The notes under the pieces are model-generated. The model saw only the letters and a list, made by a program, of their open reading frames with translations. It made no database searches and was not told the DNA's origin. DNA of 64,000 bases from a virus. The stretch is from the IMG/VR virus record IMGVR_UViG_3300045988_174992. One strand, written 5' to 3'. The translations under genes were made by a program, and so were the position numbers. Below, one piece after another: positions 52,225-62,700 of the stretch; position 1 is the first letter of the stretch, and each line of letters opens with the position of its first letter.

Positions 52225-53079
52225 TCATTGTTCTATTGGTGAACCATCATAATCAATATATGTTTTAGAATTGTCAAATGGTCCACAATCATCATTTAAT
52301 TTTGGATCATGATTCAAATCAAGATTATCTGTTGTATTGCCATTTACTGATATACTAGAATAAGGGTAATTCTTAAATCCAGTATCTTCTTTCTTTTTAA
52401 TGATTATGCTTTCTTCTATAGGTTTGTCAAATGGTTGTTCTTCTTCAAATCTGTTGTTAGTATCTGTTTGAATGAATTGGTAGTCAAAGTTAGAATACTT
52501 AAATACACATCTGAATGTAGCAGATTGTGCCAATGTCTGGGTATAGTCAAATTGCAACATATCTACCCCATCTATAACTGGATGATCTAATACAATTCTA
52601 GAATAAACACAGCCATTTTCATTTAAAAGATCAACATTAAAGCTATAGTCAAGATTCTTATCTAAATTTTCTGTATCTCTACAATATTGATAGCAAAAAC
52701 TTTCAAACAATAAAAAATAGTTTACATATCCTAAAGTATGTCTGAAATCTATGTTCAATGTATGGTCAACTAATGCAGCTGGACTAGCAACGCTTCTGTA
52801 ATTTACATCACTAGCACCACCTTGCATCCAATTTTGTTCAGTTCTTCCTGGAAGCCTTACTGGGTTACCGTGATTAGTTTGCTGTTGTGCAACAGTACCA
52901 GATGAGAATCCAAGTACTTCTACTTTCTGTATTGTCTCATTCAAGAATTCTATTGGTTTTGTTATGAAACTATGAGAATCTTTCAGTATCTTAGTGTATT
53001 TTTCTTGTATCTCATCTGGAATGAATTCATCTGGCAATATCAATCTGAATCCATCTCTATTTCCTGATAATGAAAACAT
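52225..53079 (-). CDS. tail-tube-family protein (T4 gp19/gp48/gp54-like) downstream of the tape measure gene
   Basis: Supported by its position, its N-terminus MFSLSGNRDGFRLILPDEF, and a C-terminal ATFRCVFKYSNFDY resembling the TFEVTLALDYW end of T4 tube-family proteins (from memory). Confidence 0.4.
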   Translation of the reverse strand: MFSLSGNRDGFRLILPDEFIPDEIQEKYTKILKDSHSFITKPIEFLNETIQKVEVLGFSSGTVAQQQTNHGNPVRLPGRTEQNWMQGGASDVNYRSVASPAALVDHTLNIDFRHTLGYVNYFLLFESFCYQYCRDTENLDKNLDYSFNVDLLNENGCVYSRIVLDHPVIDGVDMLQFDYTQTLAQSATFRCVFKYSNFDYQFIQTDTNNRFEEEQPFDKPIEESIIIKKKEDTGFKNYPYSSISVNGNTTDNLDLNHDPKLNDDCGPFDNSKTYIDYDGSPIEQ

Positions 53080-53100
53080 ATTTAAATATTATGAATGTTT

Positions 53101-56100
53101 TTATTCGGTAGATTGTGTTTTACTATTTAATGGATTATCTCCTGCTGGTGTTTCATCTCTTTCAGCACTATTTTGACCATTACCTGTAGAAGTATCACTA
53201 TATTGCATATTTGGATTTTCTGTATCTTGAACTTGCTTTACATTTACTTCTACTGGTTTGTTCAACAATGTACTGATCTTAGAAATAGAATCCTTTATAG
53301 CAGCATGACGTTTCTTTTGCATCTCATCAGCTTGATTTATAGTCTTAGCAGATATCTTAAGCTCTCTTACAAGCTTATCCAATACAACAGCTAGCTTATT
53401 TGCTAAAGTATTTGTTAATTTGTCAAGACCACCTAATCTTCTAGCCATTTGATCTAAAGCAGTTATCAAGTTAGTCATAGTTTGTGCTTTTGCCACATCT
53501 AAAGTATTTATAGATCTAGTAAACTTAGATACATCTTGAGTTTCTGTTCTGAACTGTGATGTATTCTTTACTTTACTTATTTCTACATTTATACCTTTTA
53601 CGGCATTTATTACATTGTCATATTTAGAAGTATCCTTTGGAGCTTTATCATAAACATCAAACAACATCTTCATTCCATTATAATAATCCACCATCATAGG
53701 TCCAAACATCAATATGTTCTTAGATAAACCTTTAGAATCCAAATTAACAAATGTCTCTGATATTCCTCTGACCATCTCTTTAGGTATGTCAGAGAGTGAT
53801 ATCACTATGCTTGCAGCATTGGCTTTAGTCTCTTTCTCTAACTTCTGTTTGAATTTAATTATCTTCTTATAAGATTTTATAGCATCATTCAGTATATCAG
53901 TATATATATCAAACTGGTTTTGTATAGAAGAAAATTCATCATCTTTCAAATTAGGCATCTTCTGAATAGCTCTAGACATGCTAAATGGAAGTTGTGTTAA
54001 AACAGCATCTACTATCTTATTTAATCCATGTATATCATCTTCCTTTCCAAATTTAGATTTTAATTTAAATATGTCACTATAAGAAGATACTATGTTATTC
54101 AAAAGCTCAGTATAAGAACTATAGCTAGAAGATATCTTCTCAATGTTATCTTTTGCATCTTCAAAGAATGGTTTGAGTTCTTCTTGATTCTCATCCATTG
54201 TTGCTTTCATTACAGCATTAGGAACAGAACTTATCATTAAAGAGATAATAGCTGAAAGATTATTCATCTTAGGTTTATCCAACTTTAAGTCAAGTATAGA
54301 TTTTATAGATTTTATATTTTCTGCAATTAATTTATCTAAACCACCTAAACAGTTCTTTACCTTAGCAAATGGACTAGTACTTCCATCATGATTAAGCCAT
54401 CCAGAATCTTCAAACCAAACTTTATTATGTGGATCATCATATACAGCCATTACAGCTGCTGGTATGCAAGACATCAAAGCTGTTACGTTATTATATACAG
54501 TTCCTCCAAGTCTTAATGATTCTATTGGTATTTTTTCATATTGACCTTTAAGAAGCTTTCCATTTGAATCATACTTTTGTATTCTTAAATCAGCCACATC
54601 TTTCACACCTTTAGCGGTTTCAGACATTAATGATCCAATTCCCTTCAATGCTGTAACTATTTGCGAAAATCTAGAACAAGTTCCGTCTTTAAACACAATA
54701 GATTGATCTTCAAACATCCACTCAGCATTAGGATTGTCTTTAAGAGCCAGAATAGAATTTCCAAGACATGACACTATACGTTGAGTATTTTCTGCAGCAT
54801 TCTTGAAATCCTTAAAACCAAGTGGTCTTGTTCCTTTCTGTTTTCCATCAGCTCCATATATAGGTATTCTTAAGTCAGCCATATCTTTGACACCTTTAGC
54901 TATATTAGATATCATTTTTCCTAAGCCTGTACAACCAGTAACAATACGACCAAATGGAGTTTTTACTCCTATCATATTTCCAAGCCAACCACTATCAAAC
55001 ATTCCTTCAGGAGCTTTATTATATAAATCTAATAATGCATATCCTAAGGTTGTAACAATTTTAGATATATTTTCAGCTGCATTAGTAAAATCAGGTTCTG
55101 TTAAATTACGATATCCTACTTTGTCTGTTCCTTTATAAATAGGTATCTTTAACTCTGCCATATCTTTAACACCTTCTGCTATCTTAGCAATCATCTTACC
55201 CATTCCAGTACATGATTTCACTACTCTAGTGAATGGTGTGTCCATACCTAAGAAGTCTCCAAGCATTCCATTAGAGAATATGGTAGGATTTTCTTTGTAT
55301 ATATCTAAGATAGTTCCACCTATTATAGTAACAATAGTTTTTATATTCTCTGCAGCATCTGTGAAATCAGCATCTGTCAAATTTCTTCTTCTTATTATCT
55401 TTCCTCCTTCTCCATATATAGGTATAGAAAGATTAGCATAGTCTTTAATTCCTTCTGATAACATAGACATCATGTGTCCTAAACTAGCAATAGTTCCAGA
55501 TGCAGCAACTATCATCATATCAAGCAATGGATTCATAAATGGTTTGAGTTCCCAAACTATGCTTAGCATGGCTTTAATATCATCTGTTATAATAGAAGTG
55601 TCAACTCTTTCAAGCTTAGAAGCCATATCCATTACCTTTATTATCTCTTGCATGGCTTTTCCTGCTAATAAGACGCATCCAATGATTCCAGCTAAAGCGG
55701 CTTCACCAGCCGCTAAAGCCAAACCTCCTAAACCACCAGTTCCAGCTGATAGATATCCAAGACCTATTACTCCACCAGCAAATGCCAATAGTACTGCTAT
55801 TGTAATTCCTATAGTACCCAATAGTCCACCCCAGTCACTTCCTATATTATCTCGGAGTTTTACTATCTCCATCATTGCATATCCTGACAATCCAATACAT
55901 ACAATAACTCCTAATAAAGCTAAAGCCCCCGTTTTAAGGTTTCTTTTTACCTTGCTGAGCATTCCTAGTATGAACGACATTCCACCTACTAGCAAGAGTT
56001 CTAAACCTAAGAACTTTAGTATGTTGATATCTAAGTCTGGGTAGTTCATCAATAACATTCCACCGGTAAGCAATGCTATAGAAGAGACTAATACTAAAGC

Positions 56101-59100
56101 AGATAATGCATATCCTAGGAATAATGTCTTCTCATTGATTATTTTTCCAGCAAATCCATAAGCTAATGTTATTCCAGCTACAAAACCACCTAATATTCCA
56201 GCAAATGATATAGTAGCAACTGCCATATTAGGTATCATCATAAACAATCCACCAACCAATAAGGTTGCTGCTGATAGCACAACTAAATTAGAGAATTCAT
56301 GTGCCATGATTAATCCCTTTTCTCCTTTAAGTATCTTATTAGCGCCATAGTAAGCTAATGATATTCCACCCAAGAATAAACCTAATGTAAGAGTAAATCC
56401 TATAGCAGACCAGAACATTCCATCTATATTCATAATCTTGGCACCTAACAAAAGTATAGCTCCAGATATTCCAACCAGAATTGCAAAATTCTTAGCATCA
56501 TCTATGGCTTTTTCTGTGGTTTGGGTAATACCTAACTTACCACCTAACTTACCACTTATATAATTAGCTGCAAAATCTCCGCCAGAGTATGCTAATTTCA
56601 TTAAGAAGATAAATATTCCAAGTTCAAAAGCAAACAATAAAGCAGTTCCAAACAGAATTGGATGTTTAGTCATATATACAGTTGGAAGAAGTAATGTCAA
56701 TCCAGCTATACCTATCAACCAAGCAAATTCTTCTGCTGATGAGATAGTTTCTTCTATCATATTGCTAGCTATTGTATAAGCACCTATAACACCAGTTATC
56801 AGTAGAGTTAATGAAAATGCAAACCCAATTACACTTCCTGTTGGAAGGAATTTATTGACCATAGCACCAAAAGCTAGTATAAAACCAGATTTTACAATTA
56901 AATTTATAAATGAATCTGATATTTCTATGGTTCTCTCTATCCTCTCACTAGCTAGAGTATAAGCAAAAGTAACAGCGCCGATAAATGCTGCTAGAGAAAG
57001 TGTGAAAAGAAAAGAATTCTCAAAGATACCTGGTATCATCATAACAGCAGCACCTATTAAAAGAGTAGCTCCGGACAAATATATTAACCTTGTTACTTTC
57101 TCAGTTTGCTTAAGAGCTTCATCCATTCCTTTAGTAGCAAGATTGTAAGCACCTATCACACCAAGTATGAATGTTCCTAAAGCAAATGTAAATCCAAGTA
57201 TTTCAGGCATTCTTTGAAGAACAAGCTTTCCTATGAATGCACCAGCTAACATTGTTGCCGATGCTATAGCTACAACAATACCTATGTTTTTAAGTCTATT
57301 AAAGAAGTCATCATTTATTTCTATTCCATTCAGAGTATCTATCATCTTACCTACTGCTACAGCAGATAATTGCATAGACTTAAATCCTAATATTGATAAA
57401 GGTGCAGTTATACCCATTACTGATCCAAGCATAGACACTATAGTGAGTTTTTCTACTAATTTCTCTATATTGTCTATTTTCTTCAAATCTTCTTGGTTTA
57501 TATCAAGGCCATCAGATTGAATTCTCTTTATCAAACTCTTCAAATTAGTAAGTACTTTCTTATACTCTTTTATTCCATCTTGTCCCTTACTAGCAAACAA
57601 TCCTCCTATAGCAGCTAAAAATGAGAGTTTACTAAGGCTTTCTACTATTTTCTGACAACTTTCTATCTTAGATACATCATCTTTAGAAGCTGTTAATGGA
57701 TTCTTCTTGTTATTTATGTTGTTGACTAAATACTTGAGTTGAGTAACCATAGTCTTCATATTTGACACTCCTTCTTTTCCTTTGTCAACAAACATTCCTG
57801 CTATAGTACTAACAATTGCAATCTTTCCTAAATTTAGAATAACATCCTCACAATTTTTCATTATGTTAGGAACTGATTCATCATTAATAGCAGAATCTTG
57901 CATTGTGAATATTTTCTGTCCTAAGAAGTCAAGCTTATCTAAGAAAACTAAAGCATCAGATATACCAACTATTCCATTTTTACTTACTTTAGATATCATG
58001 TTTGCTACACTCATCATGATAGTAAGTTGAATTAAAGTCTTTGTAGCACTCTTTATGTCTTTAGAAGTTGACTCATTGGCCGAAAGTCTTTGTACAACTT
58101 GCATAATAAATGAAAGCTTACCATTATCACCTATTAGTTTTGTGAGTTCATCATTATTTATCTTAGAAAGAGACTTTATTATATTCATATAAAGCCAAGT
58201 AGTACCTAAAGCATAAGTTGCTATCAACTGGGTATAGGCAACATCTTTAAACTTTACATCATTACCAATAGTGCTAATATCTTCTACTATATCTTCTATG
58301 GCTCTAAGAGAAGAGTTATTCTTTCCAACAACATTATTCTTAAATATTTCATCTCCAAGTTCTTTTACTTGTAATGTAAGATATGCAATAGGCCCTTTTG
58401 TATCGTATATTCTAAGAAGTGACCAAAGAGCCATCTGAGTCTTCATTATCTTAGTTCTGTCTACATTTGTGTTTTCTCCTAAAGAAACTAATGACTCTAT
58501 AAATTTAGATAAAGCACCTACTGATTTGAATCCACCCTGTCCTGCTTCTTTTGATCTAGCTACTATATTCTCTATGATAGCAGAAATCAATCCCTTAGAA
58601 GTGATACCAATACCTGTGAGAATATTAGATTTTGTTGTCATCCAATATATAGAACGAAGATTCTTCTTCAAAGTTTTCATCTTCTGTTTGTCTATTTCTC
58701 CAATAGAAGGAATAGCATTCATTAATTCAACTACATTTGACAACTGAGACATAGTTTTCTTGGAGTCTATAGATGCAGAATTTATAGCATCACAAAGTTT
58801 AAGGAAGTCATTTGTCAACAACTTGTTGACTTTAGATATTTTTTTCTTAAGGTTATCTATATCTATTTTTGATATACTTTTGTCTATTCCTGTAAGATAT
58901 TGCACTATGTTTTGATCTTTAACTTCATACTTTACTTTAGAAACACTATTTAATGCATCTGACAAAGTTTTCAAAGCTTCCAAAGAATCATTTCCAAAAT
59001 TCAAGTCATCTATTTTTACTTTTATATTATTTAAGTCAACAGAATTAACTTGATTATTAGTATTGCTAGTTAAAACCTTTATTATATTGTCTGATGCAAT

Positions 59101-59619
59101 TTTGTTTGAATTTTCTATTGTGTATCTTAATAGATCTAATTGTTTACTATAATCAGGTATATTTATGACAGGTTTTATTTCAGGTACTTCTACATTCTGT
59201 GATTTTTCCTTTTTTAATTTCTGTTCATTAAAATTAGTCACAATAACTTGCATGCCATCAGATGTCAATATCTTATTTGTATTTTTAATATTTTCAGATA
59301 TTGATTTAGCAAACTGCTGAATATTTGTTTGCTTGGAAGAATAAGATTGATTTTTTGATATGGATTGACCACCAGAAACAAAAGACATTAATGACTTATC
59401 ACTTTCTGAAAGAAGAAGCTGGCTTGGATCAACTAAACCATCAAATATTGCATCTATTCCAGAATAGATCTTATCTATATGATTATTTATATCCTTAGCT
59501 ACGTTTTCTATAATTGAAGATAAGTCACCAGTAATAGAATTATTGTCTTTTTGTGGTATACCTCCAGGTAAGTTTACTCCTTTACTTCTACGTACTGACT
59601 CATCTGATATTTTTGCCAT
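53101..59619 (-). CDS. tail tape measure protein (2172 aa)
   Basis: Giant ORF with helical/coiled N- and C-terminal regions, a long internal block of paired hydrophobic helices, and four ~93-aa tandem repeats (...GVKDMA(E/D)L(K/R)IPIY...NAAEN...). Confidence 0.75.
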   Translation of the reverse strand: MAKISDESVRRSKGVNLPGGIPQKDNNSITGDLSSIIENVAKDINNHIDKIYSGIDAIFDGLVDPSQLLLSESDKSLMSFVSGGQSISKNQSYSSKQTNIQQFAKSISENIKNTNKILTSDGMQVIVTNFNEQKLKKEKSQNVEVPEIKPVINIPDYSKQLDLLRYTIENSNKIASDNIIKVLTSNTNNQVNSVDLNNIKVKIDDLNFGNDSLEALKTLSDALNSVSKVKYEVKDQNIVQYLTGIDKSISKIDIDNLKKKISKVNKLLTNDFLKLCDAINSASIDSKKTMSQLSNVVELMNAIPSIGEIDKQKMKTLKKNLRSIYWMTTKSNILTGIGITSKGLISAIIENIVARSKEAGQGGFKSVGALSKFIESLVSLGENTNVDRTKIMKTQMALWSLLRIYDTKGPIAYLTLQVKELGDEIFKNNVVGKNNSSLRAIEDIVEDISTIGNDVKFKDVAYTQLIATYALGTTWLYMNIIKSLSKINNDELTKLIGDNGKLSFIMQVVQRLSANESTSKDIKSATKTLIQLTIMMSVANMISKVSKNGIVGISDALVFLDKLDFLGQKIFTMQDSAINDESVPNIMKNCEDVILNLGKIAIVSTIAGMFVDKGKEGVSNMKTMVTQLKYLVNNINNKKNPLTASKDDVSKIESCQKIVESLSKLSFLAAIGGLFASKGQDGIKEYKKVLTNLKSLIKRIQSDGLDINQEDLKKIDNIEKLVEKLTIVSMLGSVMGITAPLSILGFKSMQLSAVAVGKMIDTLNGIEINDDFFNRLKNIGIVVAIASATMLAGAFIGKLVLQRMPEILGFTFALGTFILGVIGAYNLATKGMDEALKQTEKVTRLIYLSGATLLIGAAVMMIPGIFENSFLFTLSLAAFIGAVTFAYTLASERIERTIEISDSFINLIVKSGFILAFGAMVNKFLPTGSVIGFAFSLTLLITGVIGAYTIASNMIEETISSAEEFAWLIGIAGLTLLLPTVYMTKHPILFGTALLFAFELGIFIFLMKLAYSGGDFAANYISGKLGGKLGITQTTEKAIDDAKNFAILVGISGAILLLGAKIMNIDGMFWSAIGFTLTLGLFLGGISLAYYGANKILKGEKGLIMAHEFSNLVVLSAATLLVGGLFMMIPNMAVATISFAGILGGFVAGITLAYGFAGKIINEKTLFLGYALSALVLVSSIALLTGGMLLMNYPDLDINILKFLGLELLLVGGMSFILGMLSKVKRNLKTGALALLGVIVCIGLSGYAMMEIVKLRDNIGSDWGGLLGTIGITIAVLLAFAGGVIGLGYLSAGTGGLGGLALAAGEAALAGIIGCVLLAGKAMQEIIKVMDMASKLERVDTSIITDDIKAMLSIVWELKPFMNPLLDMMIVAASGTIASLGHMMSMLSEGIKDYANLSIPIYGEGGKIIRRRNLTDADFTDAAENIKTIVTIIGGTILDIYKENPTIFSNGMLGDFLGMDTPFTRVVKSCTGMGKMIAKIAEGVKDMAELKIPIYKGTDKVGYRNLTEPDFTNAAENISKIVTTLGYALLDLYNKAPEGMFDSGWLGNMIGVKTPFGRIVTGCTGLGKMISNIAKGVKDMADLRIPIYGADGKQKGTRPLGFKDFKNAAENTQRIVSCLGNSILALKDNPNAEWMFEDQSIVFKDGTCSRFSQIVTALKGIGSLMSETAKGVKDVADLRIQKYDSNGKLLKGQYEKIPIESLRLGGTVYNNVTALMSCIPAAVMAVYDDPHNKVWFEDSGWLNHDGSTSPFAKVKNCLGGLDKLIAENIKSIKSILDLKLDKPKMNNLSAIISLMISSVPNAVMKATMDENQEELKPFFEDAKDNIEKISSSYSSYTELLNNIVSSYSDIFKLKSKFGKEDDIHGLNKIVDAVLTQLPFSMSRAIQKMPNLKDDEFSSIQNQFDIYTDILNDAIKSYKKIIKFKQKLEKETKANAASIVISLSDIPKEMVRGISETFVNLDSKGLSKNILMFGPMMVDYYNGMKMLFDVYDKAPKDTSKYDNVINAVKGINVEISKVKNTSQFRTETQDVSKFTRSINTLDVAKAQTMTNLITALDQMARRLGGLDKLTNTLANKLAVVLDKLVRELKISAKTINQADEMQKKRHAAIKDSISKISTLLNKPVEVNVKQVQDTENPNMQYSDTSTGNGQNSAERDETPAGDNPLNSKTQSTE
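54290..55450 (-). repeat. four tandem ~280-bp (~93-aa) coding repeats within the tape measure gene
   Basis: The repeat anchors IPIYGEGGK, IPIYKGTDK, IPIYGADGK and IQKYDSNGK recur at about 55420, 55140, 54860 and 54580. Confidence 0.7.
56040..57215 (-). repeat. about six tandem ~60-65-aa two-helix hydrophobic modules within the tape measure gene
   Basis: The recurrent pattern is [hydrophobic helix]-...(I/L)G(A/V)...AY.LA...-polar linker-[hydrophobic helix], e.g. FALGTFILGVIGAYNLATKG, FSLTLLITGVIGAYTIASNM and FTLTLGLFLGGISLAYYGANK. Confidence 0.55.
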
Positions 59620-59664
59620 GTTAATTATTTGATTTCTTACTTTTATTTCTTATATAAAAATTAA

Positions 59665-59690
59665 AAGGGAAGAACTATAGTTCTTCCCTT
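59665..59690 (-). terminator. strong rho-independent terminator after the BACON-repeat gene
   Basis: 11-bp stem AAGGGAAGAAC-TATA-GTTCTTCCCTT, followed by TTTAATTTTT on the minus strand. Confidence 0.8.
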
Positions 59691-59715
59691 CATATATATT
59701 ATTTCATTATAAAAA

Positions 59716-62700
59716 CTATCCATTATAATAAGATTTACCATAACAATACAAGTGAACTGTTTTCTCAGTACCACCAGTGATATTGTTTTTAACATTTGCA
59801 GTTGATATATTAGGTATTGTAAGTTTATATGTATATTTTGCATCACCTTTATTTGTTCCACTTGTACCTATTACTGCCGTTAATTTTTTTGATGTACTGT
59901 TCAAAATAGAAGAAATAGGATAATCTGAAGTGATATCTTTTACTTTGGATCCAGATTTAGCTGTGACTTTATAATTATCGATCCAAGCAGATGTATTATA
60001 AGTTTTATCATTATCAAATGCTGTTATCGTTTTATCATCACTACATCTAAATTCACCTTCAAATACAATATCTGTTGCAAGAATCTTTGTCGACCAAGTA
60101 ATGGTATCAGAGGATTCTTCTGTATCAAACCACATTACTGTTACCTTACATGAAATACTTTCTGTATAATCTGTTTTGGACATCTTTGGGGTAACAACCC
60201 AATTAATTAATGTTGCTGTACTACCATTATCCCATTCGTTATCAGGGTATCCAACTATAATATTATGTTCTACTAAATGTCCATCATGACCTTCATTCTG
60301 ATAATATTTATCAGAAGTAAAAACACCTTCATCATAAGCATAAACACTATCTTTCATACCTTTTACATAAGCCTTTAATTTCCATTTTGCTGTAATAGAT
60401 CCTGAAACAGATGGACATACAATATATGTCCTTCTTGTATCTAAACCACTAATTTTTTCAGGTATTTCCTTATCCATATGTAATGTATTATTACTTAAAA
60501 CAAGATTCCTACTGATAACTTCTTTAATACTGTTATAAAAACCAGGATTTCCTACAACAATAGTAGGACCATATTTATACCAATTTTTATACATTGTATT
60601 TGGGTCTGACCCATCACCATGTAAATCTGACTCGGTAACTTCTATAAAATAATCAGATTTAGAATAATCTACTCTTATATTAGTTTCGTCATACTTTATT
60701 GATTTAGAACCAAAACCATTATTTCCATCTGTTCTTTCTACATATACACTATTATCATTTCCAGCATATCCTCCAGTATTTGATTCAACTTTATAATATA
60801 CTAATGATGAATCATAACTTGGCTTACCTCTTGTGATTTTAAATGGATTATCAAATAATCCTACACCATTCCTTTTTTCAACAGATGGAGAAGATGCCGT
60901 AGCAGAAGCAGCATTACCACTAACATTTATGGATAATTTAGAAGATTCTGATGATATTTCTGTCCAATCTCCATTTGCTGTGGATCTAGAATACCATTTT
61001 ATTGATGGTGTTACTGTTGAATCTCCTGGTATACTGACTGTAATCTTATCTTTGTTTAAACTATATTTTCCAAGATTTGTACCAGTGGCATTTAATGTTA
61101 AGCCTACATCAACAGAACTATTTGCTTTCCACCATAAAGTTTCTGCATTATCATTTGTGGTAATTGTTAATTTATCATTAGAACCATTCTTTTCTGCAGT
61201 AAAACTACTAATAATATTGTTTGTATGACCAGTGGTACCTCTTGGAATATTTAAGCTATGAGTTTTAGTATCTGATATAGATAATGATGTACCTATCAAG
61301 TTTACATATTTATTATTAACCGCATTTGGATTAGTATAAGATAATGAAACTGTACAATTTATTGTTTCACCACTTTGTGAAAATCCTGATATAGTTGTTT
61401 TTTCTAAAGTAGTTTTAGAATCTGAACTTTTTAATGTAACACTAGCATTTCTACTAACAGCCTCATGAGCTTTACTAATCTTTACATCATATATATTACT
61501 ATTAGTTGTATCAGTAACTGTAATTTCATCAACAGATGTTCTGTTAGGATCAGCATTTAAAGTCATCTTGTTTGGATTATACCGAGTATAATTACTATAG
61601 TCATTATAATTGAATGTACAACTATTTGTCACGGTAAGCCAATCCGATGATGATACACCAGATATTGTCAATGGATTATAGGTCATTTCTGATCCTTGAG
61701 GAATTCCAGCTTGAGTAACTGTTATTTCTGAACTGTTTACATTAGTAATCTGCTTACTATTTTGTGTAGTATCAGGTGTAAACTTCAGTTTCCATTTTAT
61801 ATCATCTACTTTCTTAGAATATCCTGGAATAAATGTAAGAGTTTCTGGATATAATGATATAAGACTTTTAGATTCTCCTGAAATTCCAAATGTTTTATTT
61901 GCAGATTCTTCTACTTTTATTTTACCAGAAACTGATATGTTAGTTAAAGAAGCAGATATGGTACCAAATCTATAGCCAAATTCATTATTTCCTTTACTTA
62001 ATGTTACGTTGCTTAAGCTTGTTGAATAATCATTAGAGGATAATTGTCTTATCTTGAATGATGCTGGATTACTTTGATCTATTTTATCTGTTTGTGGGTT
62101 TTCACATGTTATTGACAATTTACCAACAACAGTAGGGTTTGGTATCCAACTAGACCCAGCTTGTGTAACCGTTGTATCTATAGAAGGATTTGAAACATTA
62201 AAGTTAGTATAATAATTACCGGATACTTTAGTATTTACAGTTATATTTCGATCACTCGTATTGACGGCTGGCGTCATAGATAAACCACTAATGTTAAATG
62301 TTCCAGTTTTATATATTGGCTTTGGATTATTTATGCTTGATATAGATGGGGTACCAGTTATACTACCAATTGTACCACTATTATCTTTAACTGTAATTAT
62401 ATATTTATTTTGATAAGAATATTGTTGGTAACCATTATTATCTTTTTTAGCATTAACAGTAGTAGACACTATTCTTGTACCAGAAACATATTCAGAACCT
62501 GATGTTATTTTCCAAGAATAAGTCAATTCTGGATCTTTAGGATCATCTATGGTGCCACCGTCTTGGTAAATAGTAAATGACCCTGATAGTGTACCAGAAT
62601 TACCACTAGAAGAAGTGTTATAATCTGTTAATGAATAAGTTATAGTAGCATTTCTTGGATTTGAAGTAGAATTTGACTTATCTGTATTTGTTGTTACAAA

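Noticed and set aside
55472-56044. A long antisense ORF (190 aa) and several others (54803-55138, 55229-55441, 57233-57520, 57782-58030, 58469-58747) lie inside the tape measure gene.
   Set aside because: They sit entirely within a 6.5-kb ORF of coherent repeat architecture. Their composition (S/P/I/L-rich) is typical of the reverse complement of a real gene. They have no promoter or RBS context.
59661-59861. A 66-aa minus-strand ORF bridges the gap between the BACON-repeat gene and the tape measure gene. It could in principle be a tail chaperone.
   Set aside because: It overlaps the 3' end of the 1277-aa gene in another frame and runs through the strong terminator hairpin (59665-59690). No slippery sequence or chaperone-like features are present.
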